53,527 bases of DNA, taken from the NCBI GenBank assembly GCA_015680685.1, contig MNCI01000497.1, positions 258,723 to 312,249 of the forward strand, in the 5' to 3' direction. Below are positions 1 to 13,179 of the stretch, piece by piece. Source of the DNA: Gnetum montanum (taxonomy: Eukaryota > Plantae > Gnetophyta). Every line of letters starts with the position of its first letter. Position 1 is the first letter of the stretch. Made by a program: the position numbers and the translations under genes. The notes under the pieces are model-generated. The model made no database searches and was not told the DNA's origin. It saw nothing but the letters and a program-made list of their open reading frames with translations.

Positions 1-282
1 TGTCCAAGTACGGCACACTCGAATAAAGACATTGTACAATTACATTCACCACACTGCGGGCAGACACGGGAAAAAATCTAACTTTGGAGGGATCAAACTG
101 CCAGAGCTTCGCTACTCTAAAACTGGGATCCTTAACAAGGGAGAGCCGCGTCTTATTTATAGATATGGTGGCGGACTGCGATATCGAGTATGTGATATCG
201 TAGGGAAGATGCGATATTGTGGGGGATGCAATATCGCGGCGGATGCGATATCGCGGCCTTTGCGAATCGCGTCTCATCAACA
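1..282 (-). mobile_element. U3 end of a young LTR (probably truncated by the window edge) inserted into the RNase H of the gypsy element to its right
   Basis: Minus strand starts TGTTGATG at 282. TATA box CTATAAATAAGA on minus (~151-162). Repeated GCGATATCGC-like palindromes. CpGs are intact, unlike the rest of the window. Gypsy RH coding (LMQAGHVMA) stops abruptly at 283. Confidence 0.7.
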
Positions 283-2985
283 AGCCATAACATGTCCAGC
301 TTGCATCAACAAAAAACCAAATCCATCCTCTAAAGCATCAGTACCAACATCATATGGATGTTCTAGTGTAGAAAATATTGCACTAGAGTAGTCACTAATC
401 TATGCTTCAACTCTTCAAATGCAGCCTAACAAGCTAGGCTCCAAGTAAAGTTAGTCTCCTTTTTCAACAATTGAGTTAAAGGAGATGCTATGCGATAAAA
501 ATGTTCTAGAAACCTACAGTAATATCTTGCTAATCCCAAGAAGTTTCTCACCTCCACTACTAATTACAACATAGGCCAATCACGAACAATTGTAATCTTT
601 GCAGGATTCATAGAGATATTAGCTCCTGACACCACATGTCCCAAAAATTGAATCTCTGACTACCAAAATGAATACTTGGATGGTTGAGCATATAGTTGGT
701 ACTCCCTTAAAGTCTATAATACTATTTGCAAGTGCTCTGCATGAAATTGCTGATTAGGAGAATATACCAAGATATCATCTATGAATACAATCATAAATTG
801 ATCTAGGAATGGATGCATCACACTATTCATAAGGTTCATGAAAACTACTAGTGCATTTGTCAACCCAAATGGAAGCACCGAAAACTCATAATGATCATAT
901 TGTGTTCTAAATGATGTCTTTGAGACATCTTATTCATGAACTAGCACCTGATGATACCCAGACTTGAGATCAATCTTTGAGAATACATGAACTCCCCAAA
1001 GTTGATCAAAAAGGTCATGGATGCATGGCAAAGGGAATTTATTTTTATTTTTTACTATCACTTGGTTTAGCTACCTGTAATCTATGCACAGTCGTAAAAT
1101 CTCATCATTCTTTTTAACAAATAACACTAATGCACCCAATGGTGATACACTAGGTTGAATGAGGCCTTTGTCCAATAATTCTTGTAGCTAAATCTTTAAC
1201 TCTACTAACTCTATGAGAGACATCATGTGTGAAGCCTTTGAAATAGGCTTGGTACTAGGTTTAAGTTTAATTTTGAACTCAATTTCTCACCTTAGTGGCA
1301 AACCTAGTAATTCTAACTGGGATACATCAAAAAAATTCTTGAACTATAGGAATTTGATCTATCTCTACCATATTTGTTTTATATATTGTTGTCACAAAGC
1401 ATTCATGCCCTTTTTGAGGCATCCTATAGTATATCTGAGAGGAAATCAAATCCATGTGCATAGATCTCATATGAGTTTGTACCTCAATCGAAGCACCATT
1501 AATTAACTGTAATCTTAGGAGCTTTTGCCAACAATCCAAACTTGCATTGAACTATGACAATCAATCCATCCCCAAAATTACATCATATACCCCAAGATCC
1601 ATAACATGTAAATTACTAACCCATTGCACACATTTCAATTCTATTGGCACACCTATACACACCCGATCATCTTGAGTTTCATAACCCCTAGTAGAAGATA
1701 CTATCAATTGAGGAGAAAGAAATTGACTTGCAAGAGCTACATGATGTGCAATAGTAGGATATACAAAAGAATGGCTAGCATCTAGATCGAATAAAATTAA
1801 TACATCAAAGCCCAGAAGTGTACCTTCCATCTCCATCATGGTGTTTGGTTGCTCATTCAACAATTGGTTTGTTAAGGCATACACCCATCCTTGAGTCCTC
1901 TGGTCCACTCCTCTTGGCTAAGTGACAGGTGTTTCACATCCACTTAGAACTAGAGGTTGTTGTTGTCGGCCCCTACCTCCTTCATTATTACCTACCCATT
2001 TTGGGCACTCCCTTGCTTGATGTCTTGGCTACCCACATGTAAAATAATTCTAACTATCCCTTTGCAAATGGCTAGGTTGTCCACATCTATAACAAATAAT
2101 AGATCCATGATCATCTCCAATAGTAGGACCATGAGTTGGTGTTGGATGCTCACCTTTATGTCCATGATCTTACTTGGAGGGGCTAGGCCTTTCTTTGGAT
2201 GTTGGTCCTCTCTTTTGCCCCTGTTGCCTCTCTCTACGACCTGCATCTGCATGCTGAATCCTCTCTAAATCCATGGCTACTACTTTAGCCTCATCATAGG
2301 ATGCTAATCTGAGGGGTAATATGTGTCCCTTTAAAGATGGCCTTAAACCTCTAACTAATCTATTCAACCATGTCATAGCATTTGTATGCATTTGTGGTAC
2401 GTAACTACTAAGCTCAGAGAAATGAACATCATACTTTGCCATAGACCAACTAGCCTGATACAAATGGTAGAACTCATCCTCCTTGGCATGAGCATATTGG
2501 TTAAAAACATAATGGGCTTTGAAAGATGTTAGAAAATCATCTCATGTCACCTCTTGGCTAGTCCATTCCTTGGCTTTCTCTTTAGTCATTCACCAACATC
2601 GAGTAGTACCTACTAATTGATATATTGCTAAGCAAGTATGCTGAATTGATGACTAGCCCATTAAATCAAAAGACTTTTGTAATTCCTGCAACCATTCTAT
2701 AGTAGGATCTTCAATGCCATCAAATTTAGGAGGTCCCAACTTTTGAAACTACTCTACCAATTTCCTATTGATAGGCTACCTATTTGATTTTCCTAAGCCT
2801 TCGCTACCATTACCACTTTCCACTTCCTTGACCATGGGAATGGGAGCATCACTAGCTGCAACATGCTGCTATAGGATTTGTAATAGTTGTTGTATAATAT
2901 ATGGCTACGTATTTGCAAGACCATTGCTAGATGTTTTAGAAGGCTATGCTTGCCTATCATTAGGCTCTTTTGACCTATGGCTCAT
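283..2985 (-). pseudogene. gag-pol remnant: retrotransposon gag, zinc knuckle, aspartic protease, RT, start of RNase H
   Basis: Minus-strand translation gives gag (AKYDVHFSELSSYVP..LVRGLRP), knuckle CYRCGQPSHLQRD (~2055-2100), protease LFDLDASHSF and YDVILGMD, RT VFIDDI (~771-788), RH TDA..LMQAGHVMA. Many stops and frameshifts. Confidence 0.9.
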
Positions 2986-3033
2986 GCTAGCATCATCATC
3001 ACATCTACTATACATACTGGTAACCTAAAGTCA

Positions 3034-3142
3034 AAAATGGGTGAGTACCCCAAACATCATACAACATCAAAGTAAACTAGCTTTGATNAAAATGGGTGAG
3101 TACCCCAAACATCATACAACATCAAAGTAAACTAGCTTTGAT
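3034..3142. other. 54-bp exact duplication around a single N (assembly join artefact)
   Basis: 3034-3087 is identical to 3089-3142, with N at 3088. Confidence 0.85.
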
Positions 3143-3146
3143 ACCA
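3135..3146 (-). promoter_or_regulatory. Primer binding site (tRNA-iMet)
   Basis: TGGTATCAAAGC on minus, 3 nt from the LTR end. Confidence 0.85.
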
Positions 3147-3149
3147 TAG

Positions 3150-5937
3150 TATAACACCCCATCCTATCACACCTACCTAGGCCAAGGTGATGCCTAGGAT
3201 CACTAGTAATACCACAATAGAAGCATGATAAACTAAAAACTAATGATGTGTAGAAATACGTTATATTAATGAAGGTCAAATTGCACAAAAATCCATGCCA
3301 GACTAAAGACTAAACATGCACTTCAATTTATAAAATTACATGTCTCTACCTAAATAAAAAATTAGCATTGCACTCGTAAGATACAAAAACACATAAAAAT
3401 CATCATCATATATATAAGAGTATAGAGAGTTTCATACAAATATAAATAGTTCATACTACTTCACATGGAAATATATATTAACCAATTCCTGAAAATTTTT
3501 CCCTCATCTACTCTCTGTCTCAGTCCTCATCTATGCTCATGTGGCCTCCACTTGTAACTAAATATAGTTAGTATAAAATTGAGTGGGAAGCCTTTACACT
3601 TCTCTTGATAGATGGTCAACAAGTGCTGCATTGGAGGAGAGGAGTGAAATACAAGGCAAACTGCATCAATTGTTAGTGTTGCACATGCTAAGAGTAATAC
3701 ATGTACACACACCATATCACACATAACATTAGCATAATCATTATCAAAGAGAATAGATGACTATCCTACAATCACAGATAAAACCACTGTCCAACATAAT
3801 CAATCATATATCTGTTACACCACATCACATGCATTTCCACTATCATGCCCATGCCATCATACCTACTTCATATCGTTAAACAACCCATGACCCACACAAT
3901 CATAATCCAATTATACTATATATTATCAGTGTTATGACCCACAAACTGATACTATCATACACATAGCCCATGTGGTCACTAGCATATCCACACTTGGTGT
4001 AGGATTTGAAACGTTGCCATGAGTACTCATATACAACCATTTCTTGCAGCTCTTTTATTAGTCTTTTATTTATCCAACCAGTGTTAGGATCCATCAACTT
4101 GTGACCTACAATCACTAGCCTTTTAGAGGATTGGTTTTAAGGATGAACATACCTATGCCACATACCAATCGTAAGGACGAACACACCTACACTCTCCCAC
4201 TCTCAAGATGAGGCCTGAGATAGGAGTTTCATTGATGCATCATATTGGGGGTCAATCCACAACTACCTCTAGGATGCCTCCTCACCAATAGGTCCACACC
4301 CTAATGCTAGAACAACCCATCAATGACCATTACAAGTATCATTGTGAAGACATATACAAGTCCAGGCTAGGTTAAGCCAACACATGCCACAAACACAACA
4401 CATCCAAAACCAACATAACATGATCACATATATTCACACCTAACTATCACATTCATTCCATGAAAACAATACCACAATTCAACAAAACAAAATTTTGTGT
4501 CACAATCATATTTCTTGAACTACATGTAATTCCACAAAAATGGCCACTATAAAAACCTCCAAAATGATATATGGCCAAAGAGAAAACTAGTTCCATGATT
4601 AGAAAGTACTTCCCAAGATGATCCCAACGATACTAATTTCACCTAAATCAGACTCTTGAAAGCAAAGTTATGCATATTCAAAGTTTGATTAATAAAATAA
4701 TAATTAATAATATTTAATTACATTGAGTGATGATTGAAGCTCCTAGAAACTCCTCTCTAAAATACAATATTTCAAGCATATCAGTCTCATCAACATCACA
4801 TATCATATTTCACAAGTCCACATCATACTAAACATCACATATATATTAATAAGCAAGTCGTAACCAAAATCGTACAATGTTGAGAAATATGCAAAACAAC
4901 ATTTCTAAGCTTAATCTTTTAACTATTCACCCTACATGCCCACATCACATGGTCATATACACTAATCTAGCACAAAAATACAAGGAAAAGGTAAAGACAA
5001 CCCACCAATTAAAATTGTTGCAGCAAAAAGTTTGAAACTAGCAAAAAATCCTTAAAAATCTACAAGGACTCCATTTCACTCTAAACAAGTTCTTCATCCA
5101 TAGAGATATGATTGCAGTAATTTCAAATCTAAGTTTAGAGTAGAGAAAAATCCTCCCACGATGCTCAAAATTGAGAAAATGTGTGGAAAAGATGAAGACA
5201 TGAGAAAAACTAATGAAAAAAAGAAGAAGCTCCCATTCATTTTTGTTTTACTAGAAAGAAAATATGAATCCTAAAATCCATTTTCTATGGGTAGGTGGTA
5301 GTGGGTAAGAAAAAATAACAATAAAAACTATGGTTGAACATATGTTTTATTTTCTTTAAAATACAAGTAACATGTTTCCTTCATGCATCACACATCATGT
5401 GTGGAATTTGTTTTTTTTTTACTTTTTACTTTTTTTGTTGTTTTTTAACTAAATTTTTGTATAAGTTTATCTCTTTTATTCCTTTCCCAACTAATACCAT
5501 GTATTTTCATAACAATCACACGGGAACTTCAAATTAAAATTCATTTGAACCTACGAGATCCTTATCAAACACTCTACACCTTCACATGCCAAAAGCACAC
5601 ACAAGCATCACACAACATATCACTATAGTTCAAATGAATAAATACCAAAATCATACATAAAGCATAAATACATACTGAATAGGTTCTCTTGTACCCTAAT
5701 CCAACACCTTTGCCAACAACATCACCTATCTAACACATCACATAGGGCTAGTGTACATAATCATGTTATTTAAGCATGTTAAGACATCATAATCATAACA
5801 TAAAGATGAAGCCTCATAACATATAAAGTACAATTATACTAAATTACATCATCCTCGACAACCCACTGAGACTACACACATAATGTATAAATCATGATTG
5901 TACGACCATAACTAATGTGTCTAGAAGGGATGTCATA
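3150..5937 (-). repeat. 5' LTR (~2.8 kb) of the Tekay-like element
   Basis: Decayed TGTAACACCC...GGGATGTCACA-type inverted termini, adjacent PBS, non-coding. The right boundary is less certain. Confidence 0.7.
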
Positions 5938-6004
5938 GTAAGACTCTTAATTTGAAAGACTCTTTTGGCTCTATGGAACCAAAATTGCTTTACAGAAATT
6001 TTTT

Positions 6005-6099
6005 TCTATGACTTAATATCAACCATTGGAATTAAACATGTGACCTGGGATTTCTATTTCTATACCAAGACACTTACCACTAAGGTAATATTTCATTGT
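6005..6099 (-). repeat. Degenerate tRNA-derived (SINE-like) head, copy 1
   Basis: Aligns by eye with 43630-43717 and 47262-47348 (GAATT/CRAA..TGAC....CAAGA...ACCACTA...TCATT). Decayed A/B-box-like motifs on minus. Confidence 0.45.
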
Positions 6100-6975
6100 A
6101 ATTTTATTAGTTGACCTTATTTTATTGGAACAAGGCTAGGATGATGATAATGATGAACTTGTGAGAAATAACAAAATTAGTTAGTCACCTTGATGCATCC
6201 TTTGATGCATCAATACATAAATATTGACATAGTCTTTGTCTTTGCCTATATAAATGCACACACCCACCATATTTATGATACCTTTTAGTCATTTTGTCTC
6301 TTGTAGTTTTTTTTTTATAAAATTTAGAATAGTTTTCCTTATGAGTGTCTATAGTATGGATTAAGCAAGTTATACAGACTTTTATTTGAATGCACTGTGT
6401 ACTTAAATACATGTGCATGGTGATAATAAAATTGAAATTTATTTTCTCCATTGCAGCACTTGAACTAACATTATGATTTACTTTTATACACTTTACTCTT
6501 AATGTTTATTTACTTTTCATGTTATTAGTTAAGTATTTTATTATTCCATACTTAGGTATACATACATAACATACTAGCATTTGGTAATCCCAACTGTAAA
6601 CACTTGGTATGCCTAGTAATGAATACTTGGAAATCCAAAAAAGTTAGTATATGTTTAAGATGTGTACAAAAAGTTAGGAGCGAATGCTCTTTACTTAGGC
6701 TAATTTAGATTATTTCTTTGAACTTAGGTTAATTAGTTTAATATTTTAATCTTTCAAATATTTTAATAATAATAAAAAACTATCATGTGCCTTAGTCACA
6801 CTTAACCATATTAAGTGAACCAACATAAGTGTGATTGGGAAGACAGCGATTATCACTCCATTGCTTAGTTATCTAAGGAATCCATCTTATCTTAAGTTTA
6901 TAAAATTTAATTAGACCATGCATAAATGTTTGTGATTCATATGGTTGAATGTAGGGTTGCTTTGTTGCTCATCAT

Positions 6976-6993
6976 TGATGCCATTTTTGGTGA
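6976..6993 (+). promoter_or_regulatory. Possible decayed Athila-type PBS (tRNA-Asp)
   Basis: TGATGCCATTTTTGGTGA after ..TCATCA matches TGGCGCCGTTGCCGGGGA at 11/18 positions, mostly by transitions. Confidence 0.35.
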
Positions 6994-8049
6994 ATTTGAT
7001 GCTAGTATTTTAAATAACTGAGATCATTTAAAGATTTTTTTTAGAGTTTAAAATGATTTATCTATTATCAATACTAATACTATTTTATTCTAAGGCACAT
7101 TTGTAAATTAACGTTGTCTTCTTCTCATAAGGTAGATTTCCCACCTACAGATGATGCAACTAAAGAATGTGATAGAAATATAAGGAGTAAATATCACATG
7201 GCATTACAAGTCAAGTTAGTCTACAAATATTCAGATACTTACAATTTGAAATTTATCTTCATACTTTACCAAGATGAACAGATGCGATGGAGAGACCTAG
7301 AGGACAATATTATGTTGTCACCTAATTAATTAGTATCCGCAATGCTCATGGTAGTGTTGATGAAACTAGGAATTGAAGTAGTAGTCATGGACTATATAAC
7401 ATTTCATTAAATCTCTAGAGATTATAAACCCATAGATTTCTAATTACACAAGGATTGATTCATAGAGGTTTCCTATGAGGCTTCCAAAGGGAAGGGGGCT
7501 TCCATTCATCGAACATCACAATTTAAGTAGGATACTAGTTATCAATCAAGTAGATATTAATGCTAGGATCCTCCATCCCTCATTAAAGATGACTTGAACC
7601 ACCTATAGTTACATTAAACCTTGTCAAGTAATTAGGGCAAGGGAAGAACATGACCTAGATAAGGAAAACCTCAAGGCCAAGGTCTCCTAGCAAGCATGCA
7701 AAAAAACATCATAGGGATCTTACGAGGAGAGAAAGCTTACATAAATCTCCTAGTTATTCATCCTCACACTCTTCATCCTTGCTATCAAGCTACCAAGGAG
7801 GAATGTGGCTAAGATAGGAGGATAAATGATCATAGGCATGGGACCAATGTAGGGATGGTAGAAGAGAAGGTGAACATGAACAAGAAGATGGAAACCATTA
7901 TGAAAGGAGATGAAGTAGGTAATGCCAAGGAAGACATGGTCATGATAAGGACTATGATGAATGGGATAATTATGATGAACCATTACTTACCACAAGAAGC
8001 ATGATCAATATTTGGAAGGCCATGTACATCCTTGTTAGGCATTAAAGGG

Positions 8050-8500
8050 ATAGTAAGATCCAAAGTTTAGCAATGAATAACATTGCAAAGTTTGATAATG
8101 CTATAATAAAGATCCATAACATCGTCTACAAGTCTTCCATGATGCTTGTGCCTTGAAAAATATTGAAAATAACTAGAAAAAGCTAAACCTTTTCATAAGG
8201 ATACTCATTAAAGAAGTTGAAAGTTAGTACCAGTCCTTGGCACCACCAAAATTTATTAGGAGATGGAGTATGATGTTGGAACTATTTAATGAAAAATATT
8301 AGAAATATTCCATGATGTTCAATTTAAGGAAGAAATCCAAGGGTGAAGATATGTTAACTATGAATCCCTTGATCCAACCTTAAGTAAATACTATTCTCTC
8401 CTTCATAGATGCCTAAACCATGGATTTTCTCAAAGGGAGTAGCTACATCATATCATAGATAATACATGAGAGACTCTTGGGATCTATGCCCAAGGGAGAA
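8050..8500 (+). pseudogene. Retrotransposon gag remnant (Athila-like host)
   Basis: DP*HRLQVFHDACAL..KKLNLFIRIL...*YQSL....RW..MLELFNEKY resembles the Retrotrans_gag core. Confidence 0.7.
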
Positions 8501-9679
8501 TATCCAAAATGAGAGCCCAATGGATAAAAAGGTTGATTGATCAAGTAGCAAGGGATCAAGATGAATTAAAGAAAAGATAAAGTGTCGAGGAGTACAATAG
8601 TGATCCCTCAATTTGTAAAATGGAGATGCATCTTTATAAACCTAATGAAGGAGCATCATTGGAGAAATTAGTGTAGAGAAAGACCTTGTCCATGCAAAAA
8701 TTAATTATTGATATATCAATAATTTTTGATAAAATATGGGGCCCCCTTCATAAGATTGTGGAGAAAAAGTTATGATAAAAAAACAAAGAATAAAGGTAAA
8801 ATAAACAAAAGAGATATAGGAAATGACTATTACCACCACAAAGGGAAAAAAACTACAGTAGAGAAGATTGAAGACTCCAAGTTAGATGATGATGGTTGTG
8901 ACATTTGTTGATATAAACATCCAAAGAATTATTTCCCAATCATGTCATACTTGTAAGAGTTTGGAACTTATGCATTAAACACAAATTTTATTAAGAAGCA
9001 AACCCTAAGAAGGTTATCTTACCCTCAAGGAAACTATAGGTGGTCCTATCATCATCAATATTAGCCAAGTGGGACTCCACCTTAATCTCAACAATACTAC
9101 TAGCAATGACAAAACTCATAGTCATGATGAATGCCATCACCAAGGTAATAATATTCCTATAGGTAGTCTGATTCTTATGGATATTACAATCAACAAATTA
9201 TATTACCTAGTAGCTCTACTACTTATGTTTTTTCTCAAAATTATTATCCTCTAGAGTATATAGACTTTCCACTCCATGTGTTTATTCTTCTTTCACATAT
9301 GCTCCTCACCCTTTGCAAATCTCTCAAAATAATGCCCCAAATCCTTTACGACTTACTCCACCTATGTAGTATGAAATTCCTTTGTAGACTTAATAATAGA
9401 ATGCCAACAAGGCTATAAATCTATAGGTGAATGATAATTCAAGTGGATCTAGGCATAAGCCTTAGAAAAGATCATTCTTTAGGCCAACATATCCACCAAA
9501 ACCATCACAAGCACATGTGGCTATAAACCTCAAGCAAATTATCTTTCGGAAAACAACCAAGCTACCTTCAAATTAAAATGTTCCTAATGTAAAAACTATC
9601 ATGTTCATTCATATGGTCATAAAATTGATCAATTTATAACACCTTACTAAAAAAAGAATAGAGCTAGTAAGCCTCTTGA

Positions 9680-9990
9680 TTTATTTATAGATTGCAGGAA
9701 ATGCACCATGTAAGGTTCTATTAGACTATGGTTTTATAGTTAATTCAATTTATCAAGAGATGTAAAATGCTTGGAACCTACCACCACTTAAGAAATATAG
9801 CAACATGTTATAGCTTGTAGAGTAGTCCATCATCATTTCTTTGGGATTAATAAAAGATGATGCGACTACCATCAATGATTGGTCATATCCTGCTAATTTC
9901 TTGGTAATCCATGTGAACAATTATAATGGAGACTTTTCTATCATCATGGAAAGAGCTTGGCTAAGCATAATCGATTCAAAGATTTATCCT
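9680..9990 (+). pseudogene. Aspartic protease remnant (Athila-like host)
   Basis: KVLLDYGFIVNSI and PANFLVI..FSIIMERAWL (~IILGRPWL). Confidence 0.7.
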
Positions 9991-10186
9991 TGGAAGTTTC
10001 CAAGGAGAATGAACATGGAAAGATAGAGAAGAAGAGAGTTCCATGCAACATGTAAAGCAACATAGGGTGAAACTACATGCAAAAAAATTTAGGTAATAAG
10101 TAGCAAAACTATCACAGCATGTAGATCATATGTTGAACTAGCCAATGTTCAAAAGTGCTTATATGTAACAACATAAAACAAGAGGG

Positions 10187-11465
10187 TGTGGATTGTTGAA
10201 CTTAGAAGAGGGGAAAGGGTGTGGGGGGTGGGGGGTGGGGTGATGAATGAGTTCCCCAAATTAAAACTCAAAGATACAAAGCACACACACCAAATTTAAC
10301 ATGGTCCCCCAACATGGGTAGTCCACACTTAGAGGGTAGATCGGAAGCACACCTCTAGACTTTGTTGCTCTTAAAATGTGGTTGAAGGATCCACACCTTG
10401 TATAGTCTTCAAGCCTTGCTTTAGAGCATTGTACAACAAAACCAATCACTCAACCCTGCATGGTCTTGTCGGGCTTGAAAATGTGGTTTCAAGGCTTCCA
10501 CAACCTTTACAATCTTGAGCTCCACACCGGAGTGTTGTACCATAGCACCAACAACTTAATCCCATAGGATCTCAACAAGCTAAAGCACATTAACCCCATA
10601 GGATAATAAGAACATGAATTACAAGGGATAATTGCAACTCAGTTTGTTGATCCTTGTATAGTTAGGTATAACACACTTTACAATGCCAAAATGATAAGGT
10701 AATGAGGAGCAACAGAGAATTCAATGATTACAAATGATTATACAATGAATACAATAAGGCTTGCACTTTTTCCAATGCACATTAAGCCCTCTTATAGTTA
10801 CCGTGTTTCTAAATCCATCTTGGAACTTATGTAATGACTAGCCAACAATCACTAATGATCATGGAAGACGTCTTTCTTATGCCTAAGACGTCTCTCTGAA
10901 ATTACCTTCCATTCTAGGAAGATGTCTTTGTTTAGTGAAAGATATTTTTCTGAATTCTCCATTTTGGAAGATGTCTTTGTCTTCTAAAATATGTCTTTTT
11001 GAACTTAGTTTGCATTCTATGAAGATGTCTTTTTATGATGAAGACATCTTTGCCTGAAAAAGACTTCTATTATTTCTCATAGACGTATTTGTTTGTAAAG
11101 CCTTTAATTTTGCCAAGACATCTTCTATTTCTTGAAGATGTCTTTGTTTGCTTTTGCTTGCATGATGAATGCATCATTCCTTGTTCACAACCTTGATCTT
11201 CCACATGCTTTAATGATGATAACTTTGCTTGTATAGTATCTAGTACTTGTCCACATTCTTTGAATGTTCATTTGAAGACCATGTGGGTGGCCTCCTCATT
11301 CGAGCTCTAAATAGTTCATTCCTTATCCTCTTTTGCTCATCTTGGTTTCCCATGTATGTATTCCTACAAACACGTCCTACAATAACCATACAATTATGCA
11401 AAAAACCTTTGACTCTATTTTACTTAATGTTTTGACACACATCAAAGCATACTAAAGGGTTCACA
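10187..11465 (-). repeat. 3' LTR of element 1
   Basis: Direct repeat of 14894-16144, TG..CA ends, AAGATGTCTT motif array, C-rich U5 tract. Confidence 0.9.
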
Positions 11466-13179
11466 ATCTCCTCATTTTTGGTGATGTTCAAAACTTAAGA
11501 AAATGGGTTAGTAACCATACAAATATAACCATACTACTCATCATCTTTTTGAATAGCAGCAAAATAGATAAAGTGCATGAAACTGGTTAGAAAAGATATA
11601 AAAGAACAAGAATATCTAGATAATATGTCGAGCCAAGTATCACTCATAATCCTAAAAAGATATAGTGAGAATGTATTTATCAGGTCCATGAAGAGGTGCC
11701 CCAAATTTGTTAAGAGAAGAACCAAATCTTCCAAGTGAAATTCAACCTTGAAGTGAAGCAAAGGCTTTGAAAATTAACAACATGTCTTTAGAACAATAAG
11801 TCATTAGTAGTGCATGGTACTTGGAATGTTTAGATATTCTTCATCTTTGTAAAGCATCCACAAATAGGCATATCTTTATGGTGAGGTAAGAAAAAACATG
11901 GATACGTTCCCATAGATTGAACATGTGATTTCTCAAAATGTAGTAAGGATTGTACTGAACCCTCCACTTAAGGTGTGATTGTGGAAATTGAGAACTGCTC
12001 TTTTGAGGTCAAAAAGAAGGAGCTATAATTAATTCAATAAGGATCATTAACATTCAATTTTAGAGGCCACAGGGAGAACAACTAGGAACAAGCATCTTAT
12101 CTAATTGTCTCATTAAAACTTTCATTGCTATACTTAACTAGAAATTTAGAAATTTCCATGAGAATAAGGAAGCTATGAGTTAAGCATGCATATTCCATTG
12201 TTTTCTCAAGGCAATAAAAAAAGATGATAAGTATACATTCATATACTTCTTGAAGTTCTCTACTAATGTAAATATGATTAAGTAAAAATAATTGATTAAT
12301 ACACTTCAGCACAAAATACCAAAGATAGAGCATGGAGAAGAAGGTGTTTCATTAAGTATTTCAAGGCATTTTCATAGATTGAAAATCAATATAGAGGCTT
12401 CCTTATGTTAAAGTCAAATTTGGAAGAAAATTATGTTTTAAACTAATGTGTCATGATTCCACTTGAACTCAACTCTTAGTAAACATCATGAAGGAAAGCA
12501 AAAAGACAAATCAATGTCCAAGAATAGTTACATAGTCTTTAGCAAGATTTTAGATAGTGATCAAGTGAAATACTTGTAAGACATCTTAATCAAGAGTTGA
12601 TCCTACTTTTGCCTTGAATACTTTGCATGTCATGAATCTTTGCTCATTGTGGAATAATTTACTGTTTTAGTGTTTTAGGCCTTTGAAGACTCCCCCTACA
12701 TTTGTGATCTCCAAGATGATGATTGAGGAGTAGACTCCCCCTACACGTGTGCTACTTATGTTGGGCTTTTAAGAAAGACGTACAAATATTACAAAAACAC
12801 TATAACTGTATGTCAACATTAAGCTCAACTGTGGAGATCTAGGTCTTCAACTAGCAATATTGATAGAATTTTTAGAGGTTTGTCTTATCTTATAAATGGA
12901 AAAATCACCCCAATGAATTTTAGATTAAGCAAGACTAAATGCAAAACAAGAAATCAAACTAAAATATTTATAAGATGAAGATCAAAGGGAAATCATTACA
13001 AGTGCTATTATAAATCTTCACAAAACCAATTATGTCAATATTATGAACATAAGAAATGCTCTAACACTTATTCCACCATTTTTGATCTAGACAAGGAAGA
13101 TAATTTTGGACTTCTCATACACTATCCTTATTAACTAGTAAGCAAAGAGATTGAAAATTACCTTGACTTACCTTGCTTG

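Larger units (their letters stand above)
283..5937 (-). mobile_element. Degenerate Ty3/gypsy LTR retrotransposon, Tekay/Del-like (5' LTR, PBS, gag, PR, RT, start of RH)
   Basis: LTR termini TATAACACCCC (3150) and GGGATGTCATA (5937), tRNA-iMet PBS, gag-PR-RT-RH domain order. Confidence 0.88.

Noticed and set aside
32-391. 119-aa Cys-containing ORF
   Set aside because: It spans the antisense of an LTR and of gypsy RH across the insertion junction
3034-3142. Perfect 54-bp tandem duplication next to a PBS
   Set aside because: Identical copies separated by one N indicate a contig-overlap artefact
7750-7983. His/Pro-rich ORF
   Set aside because: Antisense of a purine-rich, low-complexity stretch ahead of the gag core
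10860-11145. CRISPR-like appearance of the recurring AAGATGTCTT
   Set aside because: The unit is only ~10 bp, degenerate, irregularly spaced and inside eukaryotic LTRs, with no cas genes
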